A stretch of DNA of 64,000 nt, from positions 2,976,001 to 3,040,000 of the forward strand of contig OX597828.1 in NCBI GenBank assembly GCA_951406725.2. Direction: 5' to 3'. Below, piece by piece: positions 12,283-25,531 of the stretch. The stretch's first letter is position 1, and every line of letters begins with the position of its first letter. This stretch comes from Octopus vulgaris. Lineage: Eukaryota. Under the pieces are notes generated by a model, which saw only the letters and a program-made list of their open reading frames with translations, was not told the origin of the DNA and did not search any database. Position numbers and translations under genes: made by a program.

Positions 12283-13484
12283 TAGTGAATTAATAGGCAA
12301 AATAGTTGCCAGTGAGTATTAAGAACAAACCTGTAATAAAGGGGTAAATTAATCTACAAAATTATTCATTAAGTATTACAATATGACTGCAATAAATTAC
12401 AAATAATTTCATTACAAAAATTTGTTAATAAAGCAAAATGGAAATATATCTAATTAGGTTTTATGTAATTGTTGCTTTTCATGTACTTCCTAATAATAAA
12501 GCTGTCACCCTCTAGATCTTTCAAATACTAATAGAGTTATTAAGAAGGTGCTATTTAACAACTGAGCTGTTACTCAAGATCAACTAAATAAAAAAATGCA
12601 CCCACTAGGTCCAGCCACTATTATATAAAAATTGAGCTGTTATTCACGAGGCCTTTTAACTACAATATCGTAGTCAGCCACTAACTCTCTTTCAAGTACT
12701 TCAGGTGCTATGTAACAATTGAGCTGTTATCCACAAGACCATTCAAATACTATACAATAATTGAACCAAACTCTTTAGCCTGAAGCTTTTTGTTGTCAGT
12801 CAAGTGTAGATACACTAAAAATGTTCTTTTTTTGCCACCTTTCTCTATGCTTCCGGAGGATAATGCAAATTAAGATAGATGTTAATCATACATTAGTATT
12901 TTTGCTTATTGATGTTGGCTATATCCAGCCGGGGAATTGGATCTAGGATAAAAGAGGATTCTAAGTTTGTGGATAATGTTCTTGTTCTCAAATTATTTCA
13001 AAGTATTTTCTAAACATGAACTTTGGACATTTTTATATGTTAGTTTACCCAATTTATAGACGGAACCAAATTTAACGGATCGGAGAGGAAAAAAAAAATA
13101 TGATACAAGGGAGATGACTCTTAAATATCTAACAACTGTAAAAATGGCAAAGCATGGAGCTTAGTTTTTAATTCTTGATAATTTCATTTCTTCACTTTTG
13201 AAAAGATAGCATAAACACTACAAAATTCTCTGAGTGAGAAAAAGAGCAATAGATTATAAATATATATTAAAAGATGAAAATTTAGAATTAAAAATAAAAA
13301 AACTGAATATATATTAGTTTTATCTTGGACCTGGCCCTGGGTGAAACCCCAAAACTGGCGCGAATAAAAATAATACACAATTTAGAATGGAACCAATGAA
13401 AGAAAATAAACGTTATTTAAGTATTTTTTTAGAGAGAAAATCAGCAATACTTCAACTAAATTATCTGACAGATGCATATTTAAT

Positions 13485-15028
13485 AGAGACTAAGAGGAAG
13501 CGATTTTACGACGAGAAGGTTTCACTTTGAAATCGGCCTGTGTGTGTTTGATGGGGTGTGGGAGACAGACAGTATGTTGTGTAAGTGAAGTGCTTCTGTT
13601 AGTGTGTGTGAAGAGACAGACATACATATACACATACACCGAGTAAAAAATTACTATGAATCGGCCATACATACATACATACACACACACACATACATAG
13701 ATACATACACACACATACATACATACACACACACACACATACTTACACACACACACACACATAGATACATACACACACATACATACATACACACACACAT
13801 ACTTACACACACACACATACATAGATACATACACACACACACATACATGCATACATACTTATACACATACACCGAGTAAAAAATCAGTTATCTCTCTCTT
13901 TCACACATTACTCTCTCTGTCTCTTCACACACACTAACAGAAGCACTTCACTTACACAACATACTGTCTGTCTCCCACACCCCATCAAACACACACAGGC
14001 CGACTTCAAAGTGAAACCTTCTCGTCGTAAAATCGCTTCCTCTTAGTCTCTTTCGCTCTCATTACTTATGTAAAAAAATAAAAGTTTTTTACGGAAATCG
14101 ACGGAAATCTGATCTACGACATGCGAAACTTCGCCTTCGGCATAGTTTCGGTTGTAGTAGCACAGATTTCCGTCGATTTCCGTAAAAAACTTTTATTTTT
14201 TTACATAAGTAATGAGAGCGAAAGAGACTAAGAGGAAGCGATTTTACGACGAGAAGGTTTCACTTTGAAGTCGGCCTGTGTGTGTTTGATGGGGTGTGGG
14301 AGACAGACAGTATGTTGTGTAAGTGAAGTGCTTCTGTTAGTGTGTGCGAAGAGACAGACATACATATACACATACACCGAGTACATACATACACACACAC
14401 ACATACATAGATACATACACACACACACATACATACATACACACACACATACTTACATACACACACACACACATAGATACATACACACACACACATACAT
14501 GCAGACATACATATACACATACACCGAGTAAAAAATTACACTGAATCGACCATACATACATACACACATACATACATACACATACACACATACATAGATA
14601 CATACACACACACACATACATGCAGACATACATATACACATACACCGAGTAAAAAATTACGATGAATCGGCCATACATACATACATACACACACACACAC
14701 ATACATAGATACATGCATACATACATATACACATACATGCATACATACATATACACATACACCGAGTAAAAAATCAGTTATCTCTCTCTTTCACACATTA
14801 CTCTCTCTGTCTCTTCACACACACTAACAGAAGCACTTCACTTACACAACATACTGTCTGTCTCCCACACCCCATCAAACACACACAGGCCGATTTCAAA
14901 GTGAAACCTTCTCGTCATAAAATCGCTTCCTCTTAGTCTCTTTCGCTCTCATTACTTATGTAAAAAAATAAAAGTTTTTTACGGAAATCGACGGAAATCT
15001 GTGCTACTACAACCGAAACTATGCCGAA
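13485..15028. mobile_element. Two adjacent long-TIR MITE-like copies forming nested palindromes
   Basis: Complete copy about 14137-15028 with about 220-bp TIRs (ggcatagtttcggttgtagtagcacagatttcc... / ...ggaaatctgtgctactacaaccgaaactatgcc) around a microsatellite core. Left-truncated copy 13485-14135 abuts it. Confidence 0.85.
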
Positions 15029-15117
15029 ATTCTGATAAGCACTAAAACTGGCCCGAAAGATTGCTGCTTAAAACACTCGTGTAAGATAAGTCACATTTAA
15101 AAAACGATAAAAGGGCG

Positions 15118-15584
15118 GAATTCTTGTTTAAGCACCTCATATAACCCCTCAGAACTTTTTGGAATTTTCAGAAAATTTTTGCGAATTTGTGTTCTACACA
15201 CGGGATTCCATAAGATTATGAGAGAAAAAAAAAGTTTTTTTCTAATTTTTCGAAATCCTCCCCAACCCCATAAATCCTAAAATTTCCACTTTCTTGAACT
15301 TGTTATTTTCAGAGTTTAAAATACAGACAATCCAAATTTTTTGCTTAAATCCCCGCATCCTTGGGGAGAAAATTGTCGAAAAACGTCAGTGACAAAGAAA
15401 CCTGGTGGTCGTAGATTGTGCTAAAAACACCAGCTAAATCGCCCTGAAATCACATAATTTTTTTCTTTTTGCATAATCGTGTGAATTCCCGTGTGTAGAA
15501 AACAAATTCGCAAACATTTCCAGAAAATTCCCAAAAATTTTTTAAATGCTATTAGGGGTTATATAGGTGCTTAAACCAGAATTC
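15118..15584. mobile_element. Older MITE-like element with imperfect TIRs of about 120 bp
   Basis: gaattcttgtttaagcacctcatataacccct..tttgcgaatttgtgttctacacacggga versus tcccgtgtgtagaaaacaaattcgcaaa..aggggttatataggtgcttaaaccagaattc. Confidence 0.7.
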
Positions 15585-15871
15585 TGTCGAAATATGTATG
15601 AGGGAGTCACACAATAAGAATGAAGCCTTCACAGGCCCGCAGTCACTGAAGTACGTAAGAAATAAAGTTAAGGAGAGGGATTTAAAAAAAATAATTAGTA
15701 TACATGTAAATAATTTATAAATTATTAAAAAAATATTGATGTCTATAATATTAATTGTTAATTTTTTTTTCTGCAATCATATTCTGGTATGTGCGGAGTT
15801 ATATTAAGGTTCCTCTTTTCGTTTCTCCCGATGAAAACAAAGAATCCAAATGACCAACAATAAAAATAATG

Positions 15872-15903
15872 TCACTTCCGGTTTTACAAAAGTTCACTTC
15901 CGC
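15872..15903. promoter_or_regulatory. Tandem ETS-type motifs, candidate (bidirectional) core promoter
   Basis: tcACTTCCGG (15874-15881) and tcACTTCCGc (about 15896-15903), about 270 bp upstream of the MBD2/3 ATG and followed by a GA-rich tract. Confidence 0.5.
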
Positions 15904-16160
15904 TCTTTGTTTCTTTTATTTTCCTCTCTCCTTTAGTAGGAAGAGAGAGGGAAAGGAAAGGAGAGAGTGTAGAGAGAGAGAGGAAAGGAACAGTAGAGAT
16001 AAAGGGAGAAGAGAAAGCAAAGTGAGAGAGAGAGGGAGAACAGAAAGAAATAGTGTAAAGACAGAGAGGGGAGAGAGAGAAATAATGAGAAAAGCTGAGT
16101 GATTGAAAGTAAGAGGAAGTGTGTGTGTGCGCGCGTGCGTGAGAGGTGAAAAAAAAAAAG

Positions 16161-16255
16161 ATGGACTGCGTTGGACTACCTTCTGGCTGGAAAAGAGAAG
16201 AAGTGGTTAGGAAATCTGGTCTGTCTGCTGGGAAGACTGATGTCTATTATTATAG
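16161..16255 (+). CDS. MBD2/3: MBD2/3 exon 1 (N-terminal half of the MBD domain)
   Basis: MDCVGLPSGWKREEVVRKSGLSAGKTDVYYY, then AG|GT. In-frame TGA upstream at 16140. Closely matches the MBD2b start MDCPALPPGWKKEEVIRKSGLSAGKSDVYY. Confidence 0.97.
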
Positions 16256-17512
16256 GTTTGATTCAACCTTATTGCTGCATCCCAAATAAGATGACTTATT
16301 TTGAAATATTTTGATTTAGATTCTAAAAAGTATATACATCCCTGTGTCCAAAAACCGGGGAAAACTCAGCCACATGTTTATTTTTTTTTACTTGGTACAC
16401 AATATATACACACATATATCGTGCGTATATAATGTGTATATAACCTGTGTGTATATTTGTGTATATAATGTGTATATAACCTGTGTGTATATTTTTTGCA
16501 TGATTTTCACGACAACCAAGCAGTTGTCCGGTTGCTTTATTTTATAGTATGTATGTGTGTGTGTATATATCTATATATCCTGGTGTTTTAATAACATATC
16601 TGCTTTTATTTCCTCTAAAGATTACCTTAAAATTCCGTTTTCATTCTGAATTCTCGACCCATCATCAATTATCCTTACCGACCCTAACAACACCAAGCTC
16701 CGCCGATGCCAACCCGATCCGATTCCTTATTTTTATTCTTCATCTTTGATAATTCTTGTAGTAATGAAGATTAAATTCTATCTCACTCGTTTCTTACATT
16801 CCCAGCATCAAAAATTTTCCATTAATTTGTGATTCTTATGATATTGTTGTGATATTTTATTTTACGATCTATCATTTTCATTACATGTTGGTGTAAGAAA
16901 CGGTTGCTAATTAGTGAAGTGTGTTTTATGCAGAAGAAGAAATCAAGTAATTAGCAAAACGGGATTGATTCTGAGTTGGGACTATTTCAGCTAATTTTAT
17001 TGGGAAAATAATGATTATCACAACTTAATGATTATATTCAAGAAGCAATTATGTATTTAATTGCTCGTCTGATGGTACAGTTAGTTGACAGCGAAACCGG
17101 CAGAATATAAATCATCTTTTGGGTGATTTTATGTTTAAATATTACTGGGATCGGTTTTATTTTTTTGAAATCTATTCCATAAATAACAATAATATTTTGG
17201 ATTCATTTCGATTGCCTTCACTACATCTGAGACCAACTGCTTTGCAAAATCAAAAAAAATTATGGCGAGTACCGCGGTTTTCAACATTAGCGAGTTGATA
17301 ATCCGGTTTCTATTGCCGGCTGTTGTTCATTTGTGTCGCTGATTTAAAAGTGTGAGCGTCAGTCATATTGTCTCATTATTTCTCCTGAGACTGCTGCGAG
17401 AAATTAGCAATTTAACGAATTTTTCTCCCTCTTCACTCTGACTTGGAATTTCATAGATCTACCAGAATTACTAACATAAGTGACAAATCGGAATTAATTC
17501 GTTCGGCCTTAC

Positions 17513-17960
17513 CAGTGGTTCCCAACCGTTCTTTTATCTGTGGACTCCTTTGATTACTATTTGTGTTTTACACATTAACCCAATTAGCTCCCATGGTATA
17601 TTTGTTTTTTAGGACCAGAAGGATAATCCATCATATTTCTGCAGCACCTGTATTATTTTTCTGAGATATCTAGTTAGTCACCAAGGCTGGAGTGCCTTTC
17701 AAATGTAATAATTTTTTAGATATATATTTAGTATCAGATAAAGTTGTATAAAAGATTTTTGGTAATAAAATTAGGAAAAAATTGGGCACTAATGGTTTGG
17801 ACTATGTAAAACGATAGAAAAAGAAACTTGGCTATTTCTTCCAATAAATACATTGAAATAAAAATTTTTTTCATGGACTCTTAATGTACTGTGTACCCAA
17901 TTTTACTGTTTTACTTGCTTGGATCCCTAGGGTTATATTGAGCCCGGTTGAGAAGCACTG
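17513..17960. mobile_element. hAT (Charlie/MER5-like) MITE
   Basis: TIRs cagtggttcccaaccg / cggttgagaagcactg; degenerate 8-bp TSD ggccttac / ggctatac. Confidence 0.65.
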
Positions 17961-18869
17961 GGCTATACCAACTTCATTTCAATTAATGTAAAATTTCTCA
18001 AATAATCGTCATTATGAAACTGGTGTTTGAAACAAATCAACTTGAAATTTTGGTGGAAGATTTTAACTAGATTACTTTAAAACCCGAGATTTGTATAATA
18101 AGGTCAGCTTCAGCCGCATTGGTGTCAAATTATCTCAAGAACTTCATATTGTCAAATTATCAGGGGTTAGTGAGAAAGGGAGGGATGGAGGGTAAGGACG
18201 ATGATGACGTGGGTCGTGTAGTGATGGATGATACAGTATTATCATATATAGGCAAGTATTGTGGAAAGTGTGAAGGACAAAGGAACAAGGAAAGGAGAAA
18301 TTGGTAATGATGGTAACAAATCCAAAGAGGGTCAGAGGTCAGATGAGGGAAGGAGGAATTTTGCAGTTCTAATTCTGTAGGATAGAGAGGGAGGGATAAG
18401 AGGGTGTTGAAAGGAAAATATTGTGAGGAGAGTCCAGAAAAAGAAATGAGATAGAAGATGTGGGAGTGGTGGGTGGATGTAACAGGAGCAATTATGGAAA
18501 AGTCTAGGGAATATTGTAAGGGTTGCAGACAAGAGTAGAGTATGAATGCGGAGAAAGCATACAAGCAGTAAGGCTGTGGAGAAGGTAGGGTGACATAGAG
18601 GTATGTATGTCATTATTCAGTTTTAGTTCAAGATTTCTTGCAAGAGTAAAAAGAGCAATAGAGGAAGAGCTAGTTTCTAACCTCGATCCAAGGCTCTTTC
18701 ATTGGAATTTCAACATCAACAAAGTATTTTTGCATGCAGATTTGTATGTTTTGTTTTATGTATGTCTTCTCAAGCATATACTTGCATACCTAGACATGCT
18801 CATATATACTTAAATGATAAACTTCTGGAATGTTTTACAGATGTTTACAGTTCCAGGGATGGATTGGCT

Positions 18870-19290
18870 TTGTAGTCTTCTAATCAGCTTTCTCCTTTCT
18901 GGTTTCGAGAAGCCTAATTTCTCAAGATTGGTAATTTAAGCAGTGTGTTACATATCCCAGTGCCCCTTTAATTAGTGGTATAAACCTGAACTTGTAATCT
19001 GGATGGAGTAACTACAGATTTCTCAACAGTTCAGCATAGGTGTTCTCTTTTTCACTGATCTTCAGCTTTATGTTAACATCCGCCGGGCAGCTAATTTCCA
19101 CAACTGTGCACAGTTTCTCTTCTCTACCCCATATCATTATATCAGGTCTGTTGTGCTTTCGTTTTATTGAAGTTTTCACTGGGACATTCCACCAGTACTT
19201 CTTTTTATTATGAGTGGCCATGGCTTCTACCATACCATGGGTTCTTATTTCATTGTCCTTGGGATTATCCTTCCAATGGATTTTATTATA
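18870..19290 (-). mobile_element. 3' fragment of a non-LTR retrotransposon with restriction-like endonuclease (R4/NeSL/R2 group)
   Basis: 'WWNVPVKT..HNRPDIMIWGREEKLCTVVEISCP..N...K..EK..Y..L' is the PD-(D/E)xK RLE signature. Confidence 0.8.
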
Positions 19291-20057
19291 TGTATGTGTG
19301 TGTGTGTGTGTGTATCATGGCACTCCGTTGGTTATGATGACATGGGTTCCAGTTGATCCGATCAATGGAACAGCCTCCTTGTGAAATTAATGTGCAAGTG
19401 GTTGAGCACTCCACAGACACGTGAACCCTTAATGTAGTTCTCAGGGAGATTCAGTGTGACAAGGCTGGCCCTTTGAAATACAAGTACAACAGAAACAGGA
19501 AGAAAGAGTGAGAGAAAGTTGTGGCGAAAGAGTACAGCAGGGTTCACCACCACCCACTGCTGGAGCCTCATGGAGCTTTAGGTGTTTTTGCTTAATAAAC
19601 ATTCACAACGCCTAGTCTGAGAATTGACCACGAGTCCACTGCTCTAACTATTCTGTGTGCATATGTTAATATGTAATGGGGAATAAGTTATACCAAAAAT
19701 TTTTCCAGTTTTCTGTTTTCCTAAATAGGCTCCAATGATGTTATAAGGGTGTTGCTCAGGCACTCCACTGAGTCTTATAGGAGAAACAGCTGTAAGCTAA
19801 TGAAGTTGTATATGGTAATGTTAAGGGCATGCAGATAAAGCTCCTATTTCATTCTCCCAGCTGCTATCTAATGATACTGACTAGTGAGTCAGTTGTTTTG
19901 GGGTTTCATCATGGTTATACCAATATAATGTAGGATAAATATAATGATAACAATTCTAGGATGGAGCTTATAAATAATATATAGCTATGCTTGTTTCCTC
20001 AAATCACGTGACTTTAAAATCAGTCTGTATCCTTGGGATTATTACAGTTTAGTCATG

Positions 20058-20095
<38 letters not shown>

Positions 20096-21169
20096 CATCA
20101 TCATCATCTAACATCTGTGTTCCATGCTAGCATGGGTGGGACAAAGCCTGTACCAAACTTCTGTGACTGTTTTGGCAGGGTTTTTATAGTTGGATGCCCT
20201 TCCTAACACCAACTACTCAGCAGAGTGGACTTAGTGCTTTTTATATGGCACAAGCACAGGTGAGGTCAGTTTTGGCAAGGTTTTTACAGCTGGATGCCCG
20301 TCCTAACATTAACCACTTCACAGTGTGGAATGGGTGCTTTTAAGTGGCACCTGCACTGACCGGATCACCAAGTACTTGCAAAACAAAAACTTTTCAGATT
20401 GGAGGAGGTGATGATGAAAATGTTATTGTGAGACAGATTCAGGTGTCTTGCTGTAGAGGAAGTACAAGGTTACCTGGCCGGAGAGAGAAAGATCAGGAAT
20501 GAAGACAGAAACAGGTGTGTTGCCACAAAGAAAATATATGGTTACCCATCCTGAGGGAAGTGCAGGAGATGGAGAGAGAGAGTGGGAGACTACAGGATGG
20601 AGATGGTGGCAAAAATGTTGGGCAAACTCACAAGGGATGGGGATCAGAATATATATGGAATGGTTGAGTAAAGGAAGAGAGAGAGATAAATGGTGGCAAG
20701 TGCTAGGACATACCCTTGAGGTTCAGATGCCATAATATAAGTGACAGGATATTGCTAAGGGCGTGCGATTAAAGAGTGCATAGGGGCTACCAGGTAGCAA
20801 TGATACAGAGGAACAGGGGTGTGAGGACAGGATTGGAAAGTGAGGGCTAAGCATAGTGAATGAAAGAGGAAATGTAGATTGGTCTGTTGGGGTAGGGTGA
20901 AGGAGAAGTTTTCTTATGTGTCGGTGAAACATCCAGGACGGGGGTTAGCAGATGGCAATAATAGAGTGTCCTGGTCAAGCAGAAAGCAATGATACAGTGG
21001 CACCGGGCCAAGAGGACAAGATTGGGGAGTGGGAGGTAATCGTAGTACATGAAGTGGAAATGTGAGGTGGAGAACACATGTAGAGACGTAGTTTGGTTCG
21101 TTGTGGTTAAGTGTGTGAGAAGTTTTCTTGTTAAGTGTGGGTGGGATACACAGCACTTCTAGAACTCAG

Positions 21170-21740
21170 TTTCACTGATGTGGGCCGGTCTTCTCAAGAA
21201 CTTCATATTGCCAGACATCTCAGTCCACGGTCATTTCCTCCGTGAGGTCCAACTTCCTGAGATCAGTCCTTACCACTTCATCTCATGTCTCCCTGGGTCT
21301 CCCTCTTCCACAGATACCATCCACTTTTAGTGAATGGCACCTCTTTATGCAGTTGTCCTCATTTATATGCATCACATGTCCAAACCAATGTAGTCTTCTC
21401 TCTTCCATGTTACATTTGATTCCTGTTATGCCCAACTTTTCTCTCAATACATTTGCACTTTGTGGTACATATGCACTGATGTTGCACATTCAATGGAGCA
21501 TACTATCTTTGTTTTTCTCCAGTCTATACATGTCTTCTGCATTCTGAGCCCATGTCTCATGACCATGGAGTATAGCTGTTCATACACAACTATCATACAA
21601 TCTGCTTTTCACTCTGAGAGAGAGAGCGAGGCCTTTTGCTGCCAACAGAGGTAGTAGTTCTCTGAACTTCCTCCAGTTCTTATTCTAGAAACAATATTTT
21701 CAGAGCATCTTCTACCATTACTAATTTGGTCACCCAAATA
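21170..21740 (-). mobile_element. RTE-clade LINE RT C-terminal fragment
   Basis: 'LREKLGITGIK..ERRLHWFGHVMHI..GRGRPRET'. Confidence 0.8.
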
Positions 21741-21904
21741 TATAATGTGTGTGTATATAATATATATGTGTGTTTGTATATGTATATATCTATACTGTTA
21801 AATGCACCATTTCTGTTATAATAATAATTTATATTTGGTAATTATTTAATTGATAATAATGTTTATACAATTATTAATTTTTTGATTATTTTGTTAAGGT
21901 TATT

Positions 21905-22670
21905 TCTTTAGAAATTATAGCCAGCACTGATTTTTTGCTACGTTTCGTATTGAATAAACAAACAATGAGATCAGAGATGAAAATGGGTAATGAGTGCAAA
22001 TGCCATATTTTGTAGGGTTTTTGTCCCTTCATCAGCACTCATCAAACCCACTCTTGCCTCTGAACACATTGTTTATTTAGCCACTGTATACAGTGGTGGA
22101 ACTTGACTATGCAACCATAATATACTATAAAGTATGTTAAATGTTCCCATGAGTCAACACAATGTCCCACCGTGCCAGCAGTGCTCCTTACATCACCTTG
22201 CTATGGCCACTTCTACAGAAACTACAGCCAGCACTGGTTTTTCGCTATATTTCGTATGGAGATGTCAGATGCAAACAAATAATGAGATCGGAGACAAAAA
22301 TGGGTAATGAATGCATATGCCATATTTTTTTTTTGGTGGGGGGTTGGGGTGGGGTTGCTCCTTCATCAGCACCCACCTAACCCACTCTTACCTCCGAACA
22401 CATTGTTTATATAACCACTGCATACAGCAGTGCAATGCTATTGGATACACCAGTTCACATATTAAATGCATTCCTGGGGCTGACATACAAATATTGAAGA
22501 CTTGCAAACATGTGGAACCCTTCTATGCAACCACACTATACTATAAGGCACATGAAATGCTTCTACAAGTCAACACATCTTGCTGTGCTAGCAGTGCTCC
22601 CCACATTACCTTGTTAAGGCTACTTCTACAGAAACTACGGTCAGCACTGATCCCCTGCTACATTTCATAT
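21905..22670. repeat. Degenerate tandem duplication (units about 310 and 420 bp, plus the start of a third)
   Basis: The marker agaaa(t/c)ta..g.cagcactg...gcta..tttc recurs at about 21910, 22217 and 22629; atgagatc.gaga..aaaatgggtaatga recurs twice. Confidence 0.8.
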
Positions 22671-22674
22671 CGCG

Positions 22675-22707
<33 letters not shown>

Positions 22708-23339
22708 TCATATGTATATATGACCTTTTTCTCTTTTTAATTTATTTTAATTTAGAGTTAATTTTGACTCGCTGTCTATTTGGTATCAAAGTTGTGAGAG
22801 ACCTCATTTTTATTAATCATCCTTTAAATCTTAAGAATGTCTTTCAGATTTTTATTGTCCCAGACACTCACAGTTGTTTGTTGTGTATGAAATATGGAGT
22901 TGCTTTCCTTCCCCAAGAATCAAAGTTCAGCCATACTTAGCTCCAGCTGGGTCAGTATGTATCCTGTTGCTCCCATAATAGTATGTATGAAACTGAAAGT
23001 TCATCTTGGGTCCTGGATTTGCAGCTTCCTTATCACTGCTCTGTTGGCATCCTCTTTGTCCTCTATCTTTGTCACATTCTTGTCCAGAGAGCAGTGGATT
23101 TCTTCAACAGAGCATTTTTTTTCTTGTGTTTCCACACAGCAATATCTGGCTGGTTATGCTAAATTCCACAGGCATTCTTTCAACCCATTGATCTCAATAT
23201 AGGCAACTTTGCTGGTATTTTCTATTCTTTAAAATTCTGTTCCAGATTGTTCCAGCCACCACATTGTGGCCCATGGGAAGATAATATCTAGAAGATATTC
23301 TCTCATAGTTAGCCATAGTTGCAGGAGTGGCTGTGTGAT

Positions 23340-23760
23340 AAGAAGCCTGTAGAAGGGTATCATAAAAGTGGTCCTTCTGATCATTTGGTAGCCCCGCATG
23401 TGGGGCGTAGGCGGAGATAATTGTAACTGTGCTGTTCTGCAGGAGTAGCCTGAGCTTAAGCACACTATCGCATACCCTAACAACCTCTATGACCTTGTCC
23501 ACTCATTTCTCTGCAAGGAGTGTGCCTTCACCCCTACACCATCCATGTTACCTTGCCAGAAGACTTTATACCTATGTGCCTTGCCTGTGAGGACCCTAGC
23601 TGAAGCTCCTCTTCATCTTACCTCCTTATGCAGCATACATCAACCCATCTTTCAAGCATCTCTACAATCTCACTAGACCTACCTTTCAGTGTGCCAACTC
23701 TGAAAATTGGGAAGGGAATGTGGGGTGAGGGTTTGGGAGGAGGGATGTTATTCAGCGCCT
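23340..23760 (-). mobile_element. RTE-clade LINE APE-endonuclease fragment
   Basis: 'KVIEVVRVCDSVLKLRL..TIISAYAPHAG..QKDHFYDTL'. Confidence 0.75.
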
Positions 23761-25069
23761 GAAAAGAAGAGGGTTGTTGTGTTCGTTTGTTAGGCATGCT
23801 TCATCTTTTCCAACCTGACAACATTTAAGCATTCAGGCATGTTAAGATTGTTGTCCTTACTGGAGGTAGGAGCCGGTGTTAGCAGCGTTGTAAGCATAAG
23901 CATTATGGTCATTGAATGATGTAGATTCAAGTGGTGTAGCAAAAATATGGATATTCCAGTGTTAGGTTAGGAGGGAGTCAGCTGAAACCGGTTGCGTTTG
24001 TCCGGGTAGAGGGGGATTGCAGGTATAATGGAGAGTACCACCAGCAGGGAAGGGTTCAGACAAGGGAGAGGAAACAAGCTCATTCCTATATATACACAAG
24101 CGCACCCACACACAGGAATAAGCACACATGGGCAGCCGAATAGCTTTCTCCTTCACTTCACAAGGCCAAGGAAAATTCCTGGGTAGTAGTTGGTGTGTTT
24201 CTATACAGAATAAAAATGGAATGAAAGACAGCCAGTTAAGTAGGTGGGCAGATAACCTGGTTGCATTTGTCCCAGTAGAGAGATAAAGAAAGAGAGAGTG
24301 CAGGTAATATAGGGAACAGCACCAGTGAGGAGGGGGGGATTGAGAGAAGAGATAACTGGAAGGGGTGGTGACAAATTTCTAGACAGAATGAAACGTAAGA
24401 TAGTTGGTGAAGTGGGTGGGTGGATGAGCAGCTGGGCTGGTTGCATTTGTCCTAGGAGGGGGACAAGTGAAAGTAATATATGGAGAGCAGCCCACTGAGG
24501 AGGAGGGTGGGAGAATAGACACAGGTAATGGTGGTGGGAGAAGGGATATCTGGTGTAGATGGTGGGACGATAGAGATATCCGGTATTGGTGGTGGGAGTG
24601 GGAAAGGGCAGGCACACCGTGAACAAAGTTTTGTTTGGGGGCAGAAGGACGAAATATGGTAATAAAGATGAGATTAAACAGGAAGAGAAACGAGTTATTA
24701 ACTTAAGATAGAATGAAAATTATATTTTAAGGGGACATTTTCAATGGTTACCTCATGGAAAACAAGCTGTTAGTAAATAATACATTTAAGGTGTTAATGG
24801 CGAATGGTTACAGGAACAGAAAAGTGAGATAGAAAGAAAGAATATTAGCTTAGCTTCTTGACATTGTTTGGCGAAGGAATGGAATGAGATGGGAGTTTTT
24901 AAAACAGATATGCTGCAACTGGAAGCGAGTTTAGCTTGGGGACAGAGGGATGAAAATGATGGTGATAGAATTAGGTTGAACAGACTGGGAAGCGAGGAGA
25001 AACAAACAAGCAAAGTTTTGTTTGGGGACAGAAATATATATTATGTATATATTCTTTTATTCTGTATTA

Positions 25070-25484
25070 TCTTAGTCTTTTGATGCTGCCATGCTGTTGT
25101 ACCGCCATGAGTCGTACAAATCGACCCCAGAACTTATTCTCTTGAATTGTAGCACTTATTCTATTGATGTCGTTTGCTGACTGACTACTTACAGAGATGT
25201 AAGCCCACCAGCATCAGTTGTCATGCGATGGTGGGGGTACAAAAACAGACACACAAACACACACACACACACATATATATATATGATGCACTTCTTTCAG
25301 TTTCCATGTATCAAATCTACTCACAAGGCTCTGGTCAGCCCGAGGCTATAGTAGAAGACACTTGCCCAAAGTGCCATGCAGTGGGACTGAACCTGAAATC
25401 ATGTTGTTGGTAAGCAAGCTATTTACCATACAGCCACTCCTGCATCCATATTATATATATATATAATATACAACAATATATATA

Positions 25485-25531
<47 letters not shown>

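Noticed and set aside
15869-16102. ER-rich 77-aa ORF as an N-terminal extension of MBD2/3
   Set aside because: It is a GA-rich tract that ends in a stop and is out of frame with the ATG at 16161; an in-frame TGA at 16140 also blocks extension.
18665-18710. Weak hammerhead-like string on the minus strand downstream of the RLE LINE fragment
   Set aside because: The core reads CAATGA rather than CTGATGA and the stems are poor; insufficient support.
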